36,895 nucleotides of DNA from an uncultured Lachnospiraceae bacterium (GCA_902783325.1 CACZQS010000094.1:1-36895), one strand, 5' to 3'; numbered from the stretch's first letter, positions 17,414-28,390 are shown. A program made the numbers and translations. Notes: generated from the letters alone by a model not told the origin.

Positions 17414-18592
17414 ATGGCACGCAGAAGAAAAAAACGCAGAGAAGATGAGGAGATCTCCTACTGGCTGTCCTACTCCGATATGATGGCCGGTCTCCTTCTG
17501 ATGTTTGTGATTGTCATATCCTTTACGATGATGCAGGCGAAGTCCCAGTATGAGGAGGACACCAGGAAGCTGCTCTCACAGCAGACCACTCTTGAGGAAC
17601 AGCGCCGCACTTTGGAGGAGCAGCGCGAGACGATGGAGACCCAGCAGACAACGCTGGAGGAACAGGAGACGACTCTTCAGAGCCAGCAGAAAGAGCTGGC
17701 CGAGAAGGAGGCGGCTCTGCTCACACAGAGCACGCAGCTGGAAGAGGCGAAGACGACCCTGGACACCCAGCAGCAGACGATGGATCAGCAGCAGAAGACG
17801 CTTGACGAACAGACGAAAGAACTGGAAGCGCAGAAAGCGGCTGCCGCTGTTCAGCAGAAAGAGCTGCAGGATAAGCAGGCCACAGTCGACAGCCAGAGCG
17901 AGCAGCTGATCTCCCAGCAACTCCTTCTTGCGCAGCAGACCGAGACCCTCGAGGAGCAGCAGAGACAGCTGGACGAACAGCGGTCCGCACTTCAGTCACA
18001 GACGGTAAAACTTGAGGAACAGCAGCTCAAGATCGAGAGCCAGCAGACTCAGATGCAGGAGCTGATCGGTATCCGGACAGAGCTGGTGGAGGCTTTGAAA
18101 CAGGCCTTTGAAGGAACTGCCAAAGTGTCGGTGGATTCCAAAACCGGCGCGATTATGTTTGACTCCAACGTGCTCTTTGACTTTAATGCGTCGGAGCTCA
18201 GGCCGGAGGGAGAAGATTTCCTGCAGGATTTCCTTCCCGAGTATTTTAATGTGCTTCTCGGGGACGAATTTAAGGATTACGTCTCGGAAATCATCATCGA
18301 AGGACACACCGATACGGACGGCGACTATCTCACAAACCTCGAGATCTCACAGCAGAGAGCGCTGGCCGTGGCATCGTACTGCCTTGAGGACGAAGGCGGC
18401 GTGATCGATGAGGACGTGGTGGAGACGCTTCGCGATATTGTCACGGCCAACGGCCGTTCCTACAGCAATCCCATCTATAACGACGACGGGACGATTAATA
18501 TGGATGCTTCCCGCCGAGTGGAGATCAAGTTCCGCCTCAAGGAGGAGGAGATGGTCGACCAGATGATGGAGATCCTCAACGAGCAGCAATAA
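17414..18592 (+). CDS. ZorB/MotB-like protein: single TM with conserved Asp, long coiled-coil stalk, C-terminal OmpA-like peptidoglycan-binding domain
   Basis: 392 aa; basic N-terminus, YWLSYSDMMAGLLLMFV (Asp22), OmpA motifs IEGHTD, NLEISQQRALAV, ANGRS, SRRVEIKFRL; 12 bp after the ZorA-like stop. Confidence 0.85.
   Translation: MARRRKKRREDEEISYWLSYSDMMAGLLLMFVIVISFTMMQAKSQYEEDTRKLLSQQTTLEEQRRTLEEQRETMETQQTTLEEQETTLQSQQKELAEKEAALLTQSTQLEEAKTTLDTQQQTMDQQQKTLDEQTKELEAQKAAAAVQQKELQDKQATVDSQSEQLISQQLLLAQQTETLEEQQRQLDEQRSALQSQTVKLEEQQLKIESQQTQMQELIGIRTELVEALKQAFEGTAKVSVDSKTGAIMFDSNVLFDFNASELRPEGEDFLQDFLPEYFNVLLGDEFKDYVSEIIIEGHTDTDGDYLTNLEISQQRALAVASYCLEDEGGVIDEDVVETLRDIVTANGRSYSNPIYNDDGTINMDASRRVEIKFRLKEEEMVDQMMEILNEQQ
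17579..18061 (+). repeat. 23 tandem degenerate 21-bp / 7-aa repeats (QxxxLxx) within the ZorB-like gene
   Basis: Residues 56-216: QQTTLEE QRRTLEE QRETMET QQTTLEE QETTLQS ... QQLKIES QQTQMQE; Gln starts 20 of 23 heptads with no register break. Confidence 0.85.
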
Positions 18593-18626
18593 GTTTCCAT
18601 TTTATGTAAAAGAATAAGTTTTGTTA

Positions 18627-18655
18627 TTGACATCCGCCTGAGGCGGGTGTATATT
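18627..18655 (+). promoter_or_regulatory. Sigma-A promoter of the hrcA-dnaK operon
   Basis: TTGACA (18627-18632), 17-bp spacer, TATATT (18650-18655). Confidence 0.8.
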
Positions 18656-18668
18656 CTGTACTAAGGTA

Positions 18669-18695
18669 TTAGCACTCCACCAAATTGAGTGCTAA
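18669..18695 (+). promoter_or_regulatory. CIRCE element (HrcA operator)
   Basis: Perfect TTAGCACTC-N9-GAGTGCTAA immediately upstream of hrcA. Confidence 0.97.
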
Positions 18696-18718
18696 TAGCA
18701 AAGAAAGGAACGCGTGTC

Positions 18719-19804
18719 TTGGAACTGGATACTAGAAAGAAAACGATATTAAATGCGATCATTCAGACTTACCTGAAGACAGGTGAGCCGGTCGGATCCA
18801 GAACGATCTCCAAGTTCACGGATCTCAATCTGAGCTCTGCGACCATCCGAAACGAGATGTCCGATCTGGAGGAGATGGGCTACATCATACAGCCTCATAC
18901 CTCGGCCGGACGCATCCCGACGGATAAAGCTTACCGGCTTTATGTGGACCGTCTGGTCAGCGAGAAGACGGAACAGGTAGCTGCGCTGAATTCTCTTATG
19001 ATCGCCAAGACGAACCGCATGGAGGAAATCCTCAAGCAGGTGGTGCGGCTTCTGGCCTCCAATACGAATTACACGGCGATGCTTTCAGCGCCCTCCTTTA
19101 AGCGGAACAAGGTGAAGTTCATCCAGCTTTCGCGCATTACGGAGAATCAGCTGCTCACCGTCGTCGTCGTGGACGGCAATATCGTCAAAAACCACCTGAT
19201 CGACCTCAAGGAGGCGATCTCGGAGGAGCAGGTGCTCAAGCTGAACCTTCTTCTCAATACCCGGTTCAACGGGCTGACGCTGGCGGACATCAATCTGGGA
19301 CTCATCTCCAATGTCAAGGAGGAGGCTGGAATTCACAGCGAGATCGTGAGCGAAGTGCTCGATACGATTGCCGAGGTGATCCGCGCGGAGACCGATGAGA
19401 ACATGCAGATCTATACCAGCGGCGCGAACAACATCTTCCGGTATCCGGAGCTCGCGGACAGCGAGAGCGCAAGCCGGCTGATCTCCACTCTGGAGGAGAA
19501 GGACGTATTGGCTGACTTCGTGAAGGTGTCTGAGGAGATGGAGGACAGCAGCGGCATCCGGGTGTACATCGGCGATGAGAGTCCGGTAGAATCCATGAAG
19601 GACTGCAGTGTGGTCACGGCGACTTATGAGCTGGGAGACGGGCTGCAGGGTACGATCGGCATTATCGGACCGAAGCGCATGGATTATGAGCATGTCATGG
19701 ATTCGCTGAAGACCGTAAAGGCAACCCTCTCTGATGTATTCGGCAGCGGAGGGAATCGCCCGGACACGCTTACGGAAAGAGAGGAAATCGATAACAGTGA
19801 GTAA
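18719..19804 (+). CDS. hrcA: Heat-inducible transcription repressor HrcA
   Basis: EPVGSRTI, SSATIRNEMSDLEEMGY, QPHTSAGRIPTDKAYR, GIIGPKRMDY. Start set at TTG 18719 (RBS AAAGGA) because the ORF-track GTG lies inside CIRCE. Confidence 0.95.
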   Translation: MELDTRKKTILNAIIQTYLKTGEPVGSRTISKFTDLNLSSATIRNEMSDLEEMGYIIQPHTSAGRIPTDKAYRLYVDRLVSEKTEQVAALNSLMIAKTNRMEEILKQVVRLLASNTNYTAMLSAPSFKRNKVKFIQLSRITENQLLTVVVVDGNIVKNHLIDLKEAISEEQVLKLNLLLNTRFNGLTLADINLGLISNVKEEAGIHSEIVSEVLDTIAEVIRAETDENMQIYTSGANNIFRYPELADSESASRLISTLEEKDVLADFVKVSEEMEDSSGIRVYIGDESPVESMKDCSVVTATYELGDGLQGTIGIIGPKRMDYEHVMDSLKTVKATLSDVFGSGGNRPDTLTEREEIDNSE

Positions 19805-20534
19805 AGAAGAGATGTTTTCCGGTAAGGATATGGATCATAAAGAGGATGCGGACTTTGCGGAAACCCCGGAAGACCTGAACGGGGCGGAAGAAGCGGAGGC
19901 TCCGGAAGAAGCGGTTGAGACTGAGAATCCGGATGAGGCCGAAGAGGCTGAAGGGGCTGTAGATTCCGAAACCGGGGAAGAGCCTGAGGATCAGGACGAA
20001 GCCGGGGAGACGGAACAGCCGGAAGACGGAGAGCAAGCGGACGAAGCGGATGAAAAGAAGGGCGGCATCTTCAGCAGACGGGAGAAAAAAGCGCTTGCAA
20101 AGAAGGACGAAGAGATCGCCGCGCTGAAGGACCGGTATATGCGGACGCTGGCGGAATATGAAAACTATCGCAAGCGCACGGAGAAAGAAAAGTCGGATCT
20201 TTACAGCTACGCCGTAAAGGACGTGATGACAAAGATTCTGCCGGTGCTCGACAATCTCGAGAGAGGCCTTGCAGCCCTTCCCGAGGAAGCAAAGGACGAT
20301 CCTGTTGCAGAGGGGATGGACAAGATCAATAAGCAGTTCGTGAAGGCGCTCGACGACATCGGCGTGAAACCCATCGAGGCGGCCGGCCAGCCTTTTGATC
20401 CCAAGTACCACAACGCAGTCATGCACGTGGAGGATGAGGAGCTCGGCGAGAACGTAGTGGCCGAAGAACTGCAGAAAGGGTACACGTACCGGGATACTGT
20501 GGTCCGTTATTCCATGGTGAAGGTGGCCAATTAG
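19797..20534 (+). CDS. grpE: Nucleotide exchange factor GrpE (long acidic N-terminal extension)
   Basis: RTLAEYENYRKRTEKE, ILPVLDNLER, FDPKYHNAVMH, LQKGY...VRYSMVKVAN; likely GTG start at 19797 (start uncertain). Confidence 0.93.
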   Translation: MSKEEMFSGKDMDHKEDADFAETPEDLNGAEEAEAPEEAVETENPDEAEEAEGAVDSETGEEPEDQDEAGETEQPEDGEQADEADEKKGGIFSRREKKALAKKDEEIAALKDRYMRTLAEYENYRKRTEKEKSDLYSYAVKDVMTKILPVLDNLERGLAALPEEAKDDPVAEGMDKINKQFVKALDDIGVKPIEAAGQPFDPKYHNAVMHVEDEELGENVVAEELQKGYTYRDTVVRYSMVKVAN

Positions 20535-20648
20535 TGCCCTTACCCCCTGTCATGCAGAGCATATGCGAAGGGCGGGCGCGGGAACAGGCATTTTTACATA
20601 TATAATTATTTAAGAAATAAAACAGTGCTGTATAGAGGAGGATAATAG

Positions 20649-22535
<1,887 letters not shown>

Positions 22536-22551
22536 TAGAATACATGCTGAT

Positions 22552-22595
22552 CTTACGAACAGCTCCTCCTTCCGACAGGAGGAGCTGTTCGTGAG
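22552..22595 (+). other. Strong dnaK-dnaJ intergenic stem-loop (attenuation or mRNA stabilisation)
   Basis: CTTACGAACAGCTCCTCCT-tccgac-AGGAGGAGCTGTTCGTGAG, a 19-bp stem with one G-U and no U-tract. Confidence 0.7.
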
Positions 22596-22632
22596 CGCAA
22601 TAGAAGTAAAAAATAGATAAGGATGAACCAAC

Positions 22633-23730
22633 ATGGCGCAAAAGAGAGATTATTACGAAGTACTCGGCGTCGCGAAGAATGCAAGCGATGACGATCTGAA
22701 GAAGGCATACAGAAAGCTCGCCAAGAAGTATCATCCCGATATGAACCCGGGGAACACGGAAGCGGCCGAGAAGTTTAAGGAAGCTTCGGAGGCGTATTCC
22801 GTCTTAAGTGACCCGCAGAAGCGCTCACAGTATGACCAGTTCGGTCATGCGGCGTTTGAAGGAGGCGGGGCCGGCGGATTTGGCGGCTTCGACTTTAATG
22901 CGTCGGATATGGGTGATATCTTCGGGGATCTGTTCGGTGATCTGTTCGGGGGCGGCAGACGCTCCTCGCGGCGTGCCGATAACGGGCCGATGCGCGGAGC
23001 CAATGTGCGCACTTCCGTGAACATCACCTTCGAGGAGGCAGTCTTCGGCTGCGAGAAGCAGATCGAACTGACTCTCCGCGAGAGCTGTCCGACCTGCGGC
23101 GGAAGCGGCGCGAAGCCCGGAACCACAGCACAGACCTGCAGCAAGTGTCACGGAACCGGACGCGTCATCACAACGCAGCAGTCGATCTTCGGAATGATGC
23201 AGACCGAGAGCGCATGCCCGGACTGCCGCGGCACCGGAAAGATCATCAAGGAAAAATGTTCGGACTGCCGCGGAAGCGGTTATGTCTCAAAGAAGACGAA
23301 GCTCAAAGTGGATATTCCTGCCGGCATCGACAACGGTATGTCCGTGCGGATCCGCGACAAGGGAGAACCCGGGACAAACGGCGGACCGAGAGGAGACCTC
23401 CTGGTGGAGGTGCGCGTCGCGCGCCACCCGCAGTTTGAGAGGGATGACACGAATATCTACTCCGTGGTGCAGATCCCGTTTACGAAGGCGGCTCTTGGAG
23501 GCAAGGTGCGGATCAAGACCGTTGACGGAGAAGTGGAATATGACGTGAAGGCGGGCACGCAGACAGATACAAGAATCCGCCTGAGAGGAAAGGGCGTTCC
23601 TTCCGTTCACCACAGGAATGTGCGCGGTGATCATTATGTCACGCTGGTTGTCCAGGTTCCGACCAGGCTGAACCGGGAGCAGAAGAAAGCGCTGCACGCA
23701 TTCGCGAAGGCCTGCGGGGAGGAAGAATAG
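22633..23730 (+). CDS. dnaJ: Chaperone DnaJ
   Basis: J domain with HPD, G/F-rich region, four CxxCxGxG zinc-finger repeats. Confidence 0.98.
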   Translation: MAQKRDYYEVLGVAKNASDDDLKKAYRKLAKKYHPDMNPGNTEAAEKFKEASEAYSVLSDPQKRSQYDQFGHAAFEGGGAGGFGGFDFNASDMGDIFGDLFGDLFGGGRRSSRRADNGPMRGANVRTSVNITFEEAVFGCEKQIELTLRESCPTCGGSGAKPGTTAQTCSKCHGTGRVITTQQSIFGMMQTESACPDCRGTGKIIKEKCSDCRGSGYVSKKTKLKVDIPAGIDNGMSVRIRDKGEPGTNGGPRGDLLVEVRVARHPQFERDDTNIYSVVQIPFTKAALGGKVRIKTVDGEVEYDVKAGTQTDTRIRLRGKGVPSVHHRNVRGDHYVTLVVQVPTRLNREQKKALHAFAKACGEEE

Positions 23731-23733
23731 TAT

Positions 23734-24702
23734 ATGGAATGGAAGCGCTTCACGATTCATACGACCGGGGACGCGGAAGAACTGGTGACGGATATGCTTG
23801 CCGGGCTCGGCATAGAAGGCGTGGAGATTAAAGATAAAAGGCCGGTCAGCCCCGAAGAGAGCGGCGGCCTTTTTGGCGATGTCGTTCCCGACCTGCCTCC
23901 GGACGATCATCTGGCGGAGATTTCCTTCTACACGGACGCCGATATTCCCAGCGGGGAAACAAAAGCGAAAGTGGCGGCGGGTCTTGAGGAGCTTAAGAAG
24001 TTTGCGGACCTGGGGGAATGCCGGATCGAGGAATCCAGAACCTGCGAGGAGGACTGGATCAATAACTGGAAGGAATACTTCCACAGCTTCCGGGTCGACG
24101 ACATTGAGATCCGTCCGACCTGGGAAGAAAATACCGGCGGGGATGAGGATGTCTCTATGGTGCTCCGCATCGACCCCGGCACTGCATTCGGGACCGGAGC
24201 CCATGAATCCACCCAGCTGGCGATCCGGGCCCTTCGGAAATATATCAGGCCCGGGGACAGATTTCTTGACGTGGGAACCGGCAGCGGAATCCTCGGCATT
24301 ATCGCATTAAAGAGCGGAGCCTCCCATGTCTTCGGCACGGACCTCGACCCCAACACATTGCCGGCCATTGAAGATAACCTGCGGCAGAACGCCATTTCCG
24401 ATGAAAATTTTACGAGAATCCTCGGAGACATCACGGATGACAGCAACGTACAGGAAGCCGCCGGATTTGAGCAGTACGACATCGCCGCGGCGAATATCAT
24501 CGCGGAGATTCTGGCAGAGATCACGCCGCAGATTCCGAAGCATCTGAAGAAGGGCGGAATCTATATCACGTCCGGTATATTGCAGGACCGGGAGGAGATT
24601 GTACTTGCGGCCGCGCGGAAGGCGGGACTTACCCATATTGAGACGGAACATATGGGAGAGTGGTCAGGTATGGTCTTCAAAAAAGGAGCAGTGAAGATAT
24701 GA
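23734..24702 (+). CDS. prmA: Ribosomal protein L11 methyltransferase
   Basis: DWINNWKEYF, IDPGTAFGTGAHEST, LDVGTGSGIL, ANIIAEIL; canonical position after dnaJ. Confidence 0.95.
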   Translation: MEWKRFTIHTTGDAEELVTDMLAGLGIEGVEIKDKRPVSPEESGGLFGDVVPDLPPDDHLAEISFYTDADIPSGETKAKVAAGLEELKKFADLGECRIEESRTCEEDWINNWKEYFHSFRVDDIEIRPTWEENTGGDEDVSMVLRIDPGTAFGTGAHESTQLAIRALRKYIRPGDRFLDVGTGSGILGIIALKSGASHVFGTDLDPNTLPAIEDNLRQNAISDENFTRILGDITDDSNVQEAAGFEQYDIAAANIIAEILAEITPQIPKHLKKGGIYITSGILQDREEIVLAAARKAGLTHIETEHMGEWSGMVFKKGAVKI

Positions 24703-25445
24703 TCAGGAACTACCGCATGCTGATTCAGTATGACGGGACCCGCTATAACGGATGGCAGAAGCAGGGAGACACGTCCAATACCATCCAGTATAAGCTGGAG
24801 GCCATCCTGGAGCATCTGACGGGAAGCCCCGTCGAGGTCCACGGCGCGGGACGGACCGATGCGGGCGTCCATGCCCGCGGGCAGGTCGCGCAGTTCCGCA
24901 TGGACACGGAGCTTTCGGAGAGAGCGATCTGTGAGTATTTCAATACCCATCTCCCGGACGACATCGGCGTGCTGAAAGTGCAGGAAGCCTCCCCCAGGTT
25001 TCACAGCAGATATAATGCCTCCTCCAAGTACTATCTTTACCGCATTGCCTTTGACAAAGAGCTGCATGTGTTTGACCGCAAGTATGTGTATGTATTCAGA
25101 GGAGGAAAACTGGATGTTCCCGCTATGCGCCGGGCGGCTTCTTTTCTTGAAGGGGAGCATGACTTCCGGAGCTTTTGCGGAAATCCCCATATGAAGAAAT
25201 CCACTGTGCGCACGCTCTATTCGGTTTCGATAAATGAAGAGGGCGATGAGATTGACATCGGGTTTGTCGGAGACGGATTCCTGCAGTATATGGTGAGAAT
25301 CCTGACCGGAACGCTGATTGAAGTGGGTGAGGGAAAGAGAACTCCGGAATCCATGACGGAACTGATAGAAGCACGTTCGCGCATTCTTGCCGGCCCGACG
25401 GCTCCCGCAAGGGGGCTGACGCTGATGGAGGTGCGGTACCAATAA
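24699..25445 (+). CDS. truA: tRNA pseudouridine(38-40) synthase
   Basis: YDGTRYNGWQKQ, GAGRTDAGVHARGQVA, GEHDFRSF, GDGFLQYMVRILTGTL, TAPARGL; ATG 24699 overlaps the prmA stop (ATGA). Confidence 0.93.
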   Translation: MIRNYRMLIQYDGTRYNGWQKQGDTSNTIQYKLEAILEHLTGSPVEVHGAGRTDAGVHARGQVAQFRMDTELSERAICEYFNTHLPDDIGVLKVQEASPRFHSRYNASSKYYLYRIAFDKELHVFDRKYVYVFRGGKLDVPAMRRAASFLEGEHDFRSFCGNPHMKKSTVRTLYSVSINEEGDEIDIGFVGDGFLQYMVRILTGTLIEVGEGKRTPESMTELIEARSRILAGPTAPARGLTLMEVRYQ

Positions 25446-25447
25446 CG

Positions 25448-26605
25448 ATGAGAGAAATTTATTTTGACAATTCTTCAACGACAAAACCTCTTCCTTCTGT
25501 AGTCGACATCGTAGTGAAGACGATGACGGAGGATTACGGGAATCCTTCTTCGCTGCATCAGAAGGGGGTGGATGCGGAGAGATATATCAGTACCGCGAGA
25601 AAGATCATAGCCGGAACGCTGCGCGCGGATGAAAAGGAGATTCTGTTTACTTCGGGAGGAACGGAATCCAACAATATGGCCCTGATCGGGGCGGCTATGG
25701 CAAAGCGGCGCAGGGGAAAGCGCCTCATCGCCACATCCATGGAGCATCCCGCGGTCGCTGAAGTGATGGCATTTTTAAAAAAAGAAGGATTTGTGACGGA
25801 GCAGATTCCTGTGGACTCGAAAGGCAGGATAGACCTTGAAGCGTTTGGGAACATGCTCTCGGATGATGTGATTGCGGTTTCGACGATGTATGTGAACAAT
25901 GAGATCGGCGCGGTTGTCCCGGTGCAGGAGATCGCCCGGCTTGTGCACAGCAGGGCTCCGGAGGCGCTCTACCACGTGGATGCCATTCAGGCTTACGGCA
26001 GGTACCGCATCTTTCCGAGGCAGCTCGGAATAGACCTGATGTCGGCGAGCGGCCACAAGTTCCACGGCCCGAAGGGGACGGGATTCCTGTATGTGAACAG
26101 GGAGGCGAGAATTGTACCTCTGATCTACGGAGGAGGACAGCAGCAGGGCATGCGCTCCGGAACGGAGAATGTACCCGGAATTGCGGGAATGGGTGTCGCG
26201 GCGCAGGAAGCCTACAGGGATTTTGAGGCGAAGACAGAGCACCTTTATGCGCTGAAGGAGCGCCTTGAGAGGGGACTCGTTTCCATAGAAGGGGCGGTGC
26301 TGATGAGCCCGGAAGGAAAAGAGGGCGCGCCGCACATCGTGAATGTCTCATTTCCCGGCGTCGGCAGTGAGGTGCTTCTGCACTCGCTTGAGGATAAGGG
26401 AATCTTTATCTCGGCCGGATCCGCGTGCTCCACGCATAAGAAAAATGCCTCTCCCACCATGGCCGCGATCGGCGCTCTGAGGGAGGAAGCCCTCTCGGCG
26501 GTGCGCTTCAGCTTTTCGGATGCGAATACGGAGGAAGAGGTGGATGCCGCTATTGATGCGCTCCATGAGCTTCTGCCGGTTCTTAAGCGCTACAGGGCCA
26601 GATGA
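25448..26605 (+). CDS. Cysteine desulfurase (IscS/NifZ-type, ThiI-associated)
   Basis: IYFDNSSTT, GNPSSLH, FTSGGTESNN, SGHKFHGPKG (PLP Lys), SAGSACS (catalytic Cys). Confidence 0.93.
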   Translation: MREIYFDNSSTTKPLPSVVDIVVKTMTEDYGNPSSLHQKGVDAERYISTARKIIAGTLRADEKEILFTSGGTESNNMALIGAAMAKRRRGKRLIATSMEHPAVAEVMAFLKKEGFVTEQIPVDSKGRIDLEAFGNMLSDDVIAVSTMYVNNEIGAVVPVQEIARLVHSRAPEALYHVDAIQAYGRYRIFPRQLGIDLMSASGHKFHGPKGTGFLYVNREARIVPLIYGGGQQQGMRSGTENVPGIAGMGVAAQEAYRDFEAKTEHLYALKERLERGLVSIEGAVLMSPEGKEGAPHIVNVSFPGVGSEVLLHSLEDKGIFISAGSACSTHKKNASPTMAAIGALREEALSAVRFSFSDANTEEEVDAAIDALHELLPVLKRYRAR

Positions 26606-26628
26606 AGAGAGGATGTTAAGGGGGAATT

Positions 26629-27807
26629 ATGTACCATACTTATCTGATTAAATACGGTGAGATCGGCATCAAGGGAAATAACCGCCACGTTTTCGAGGAC
26701 GCGCTTGCGAAGCAGATCAGGCTGAAGCTGCAGCATATCCGCGGGGAGTTCCAGATCCGGAAGGAGCGCGGCAGAGTCTATGTGGAATGCGGCGGAGACT
26801 GGGACGAGGAAGAGACCATCGATGCCCTGACGCATATTTTCGGCATCGTGGGGATCTGCCCGGTGCATACTTATGAGCTCGGGGACATCAGTGCCCTCCG
26901 GAAAGACATCGTCGAATATATGAACAAGGAGCATCCGTCTTCATCACAGTCCTTCAAGGTCAAGGCCCGCCGCGTCAACAAGGAATACTATCTCCAGTCA
27001 ATGGAGATTGACGCGGAGCTCGGCGAGGCGATTCTTGAGGCCTGTCCTTCGATGCGCGTCGATGTTCACAACCCGGATATCCTGCTTGAGCTTGAGATCC
27101 GGGACCGCATCTATGTGTATTCAAAAGTCATCCGCGGTCCGGGCGGAATGCCGGTCGGGTCGAACGGCAGCGCGATGCTCTGTCTTTCGGGCGGTATCGA
27201 CAGCCCTGTCGCGGGCTGGATGATCGCGAAGCGCGGCGTCAAAATCGATGCGGTCTATTTTCACGCGCCGCCCTATACGTCCGAGCGCGCGAAGCAGAAG
27301 GTGGTGGATCTGGCAAAGAAGGTGGCGGCGTATGCCGGACCGATCCGCCTTCACGTCGTCAATTTCACGGACATCCAGCTCGCGATCTACGACACCTGCC
27401 CGCATGAGGAGCTGACGGTCATCATGCGCCGGTACATGATGCGGATTGCGGAGCATTTTGCGAATAAGGACCAGGACCTGGCGATCATTACAGGCGAGAG
27501 TATCGGACAGGTGGCCAGCCAGACGATGCAGTCCCTCATCACGACCAACGCCGTCGTGAGCCTGCCCGTATATCGACCGCTCGTCGGTTTCGACAAAAGC
27601 GAGATTGTGGAGATCGCGAAGAAGATCGATACCTACGAGACTTCCATCCTGCCTTATGAGGACTGCTGCACGATCTTTGTCGCCAGACATCCTGTGACAA
27701 AGCCGGTCCTGGAGATCATCGAGAGATCGGAGGCGAAGCTGAAGGGGCAGATTGAAGAGCTTGTGGAGACCGCGATCCGCACGACAGAGACATTCACCTG
27801 CAAATAA
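26629..27807 (+). CDS. thiI: tRNA 4-thiouridine(8) synthase ThiI (no rhodanese domain)
   Basis: IKYGEIGIKG, THUMP domain, SGGIDSPVA PP-loop, GESIGQVASQT, PYEDCC. Confidence 0.95.
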   Translation: MYHTYLIKYGEIGIKGNNRHVFEDALAKQIRLKLQHIRGEFQIRKERGRVYVECGGDWDEEETIDALTHIFGIVGICPVHTYELGDISALRKDIVEYMNKEHPSSSQSFKVKARRVNKEYYLQSMEIDAELGEAILEACPSMRVDVHNPDILLELEIRDRIYVYSKVIRGPGGMPVGSNGSAMLCLSGGIDSPVAGWMIAKRGVKIDAVYFHAPPYTSERAKQKVVDLAKKVAAYAGPIRLHVVNFTDIQLAIYDTCPHEELTVIMRRYMMRIAEHFANKDQDLAIITGESIGQVASQTMQSLITTNAVVSLPVYRPLVGFDKSEIVEIAKKIDTYETSILPYEDCCTIFVARHPVTKPVLEIIERSEAKLKGQIEELVETAIRTTETFTCK

Positions 27808-27908
27808 AGCGTTACTATTCACGGCCTATCTGTAATCAGGCTTAAGGCTCTTTGTGCTTACGCGAATGAGACAGGTTCTGATTGCAGATAATGACTGTGA
27901 AGCAGAAA

Positions 27909-27934
27909 AAGGCCTGCCGGAGACGGCAGGCCTT
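27909..27934. terminator. Terminator hairpin between thiI and HPr (T-run on the minus strand)
   Basis: AAGGCCTGCCG-gaga-CGGCAGGCCTT; the minus strand reads ...GGCCTTTTT. Confidence 0.75.
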
Positions 27935-27991
27935 GAAGAACAACTATGTGACGAAACTTCTCCTGACGGAGAAGTCTTGAAGTCGCTCGAA

Positions 27992-28031
27992 GCCGCGACG
28001 GGCTCCCCCGATCAAAGATCGGGGGCAGATT
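27992..28031 (-). repeat. 40-bp palindromic repeat, copy 1 (overlaps the HPr 3' end)
   Basis: GCCGCGACGGGCTCCCCCGATCAAAGATCGGGGGCAGATT; 37/40 identical to 34966-35005. Confidence 0.85.
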
Positions 28032-28263
28032 CGATGATGTAAGGCTCAAGGGAAGCAAGAACTTCGCCAAGCTGGGCTTCATCGGCATGGATGTTGAGGT
28101 CGATGGGCCTTGACAGATCCAGGCTGAAGATTCCCATGATGGACTTGGCATCGATCACATACCGGCCTGAGACGAGATCAAAATCGAAATCGTAGCGGTT
28201 GATGTCATTGACGAAGGTTTTGACCTTGTCGATGGAATTCAGTGAGACTTTAACTGTTTTCAT
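28012..28263 (-). CDS. HPr family phosphocarrier-like protein (short clostridial type)
   Basis: MKTVKVSLNSIDKVKTFVN...SGRYVIDAKSIMGIFSLDLS; keeps the Ser46-like AKSIMG motif; ATG 28263 with RBS GGAGGA. Confidence 0.88.
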   Translation of the reverse strand: MKTVKVSLNSIDKVKTFVNDINRYDFDFDLVSGRYVIDAKSIMGIFSLDLSRPIDLNIHADEAQLGEVLASLEPYIIESAPDL

Positions 28264-28390
28264 GTATAGAATCCTCCTGTAGACAGAATGCTCATTCATT
28301 GATCAGTTTCATCATAGCTTGAAATGGGTCAACCGTCAAGTTTTGAGCCCGGCTCTTCGGGAGAGGAGATACAGTATAAGAAGGAGCAGT

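Noticed and set aside
17579-18061. 21-bp periodic DNA as a possible CRISPR or non-coding array
   Set aside because: The repeats are degenerate, in frame, spacer-less and explained by protein heptads; no cas genes are present.
15581-18592. Flagellar stator motAB or ExbBD/TolQR call
   Set aside because: The A subunit is about 600 aa with a long tail, there are no flagellar or TonB genes nearby, and the B subunit has an OmpA-like domain unlike ExbD/TolR. A complete Zorya call was also withheld because no effector genes are present.
27854-28042. 62-aa + strand ORF in the thiI-HPr gap
   Set aside because: GTG start without an RBS, runs through several hairpins and overlaps HPr; more likely non-coding.
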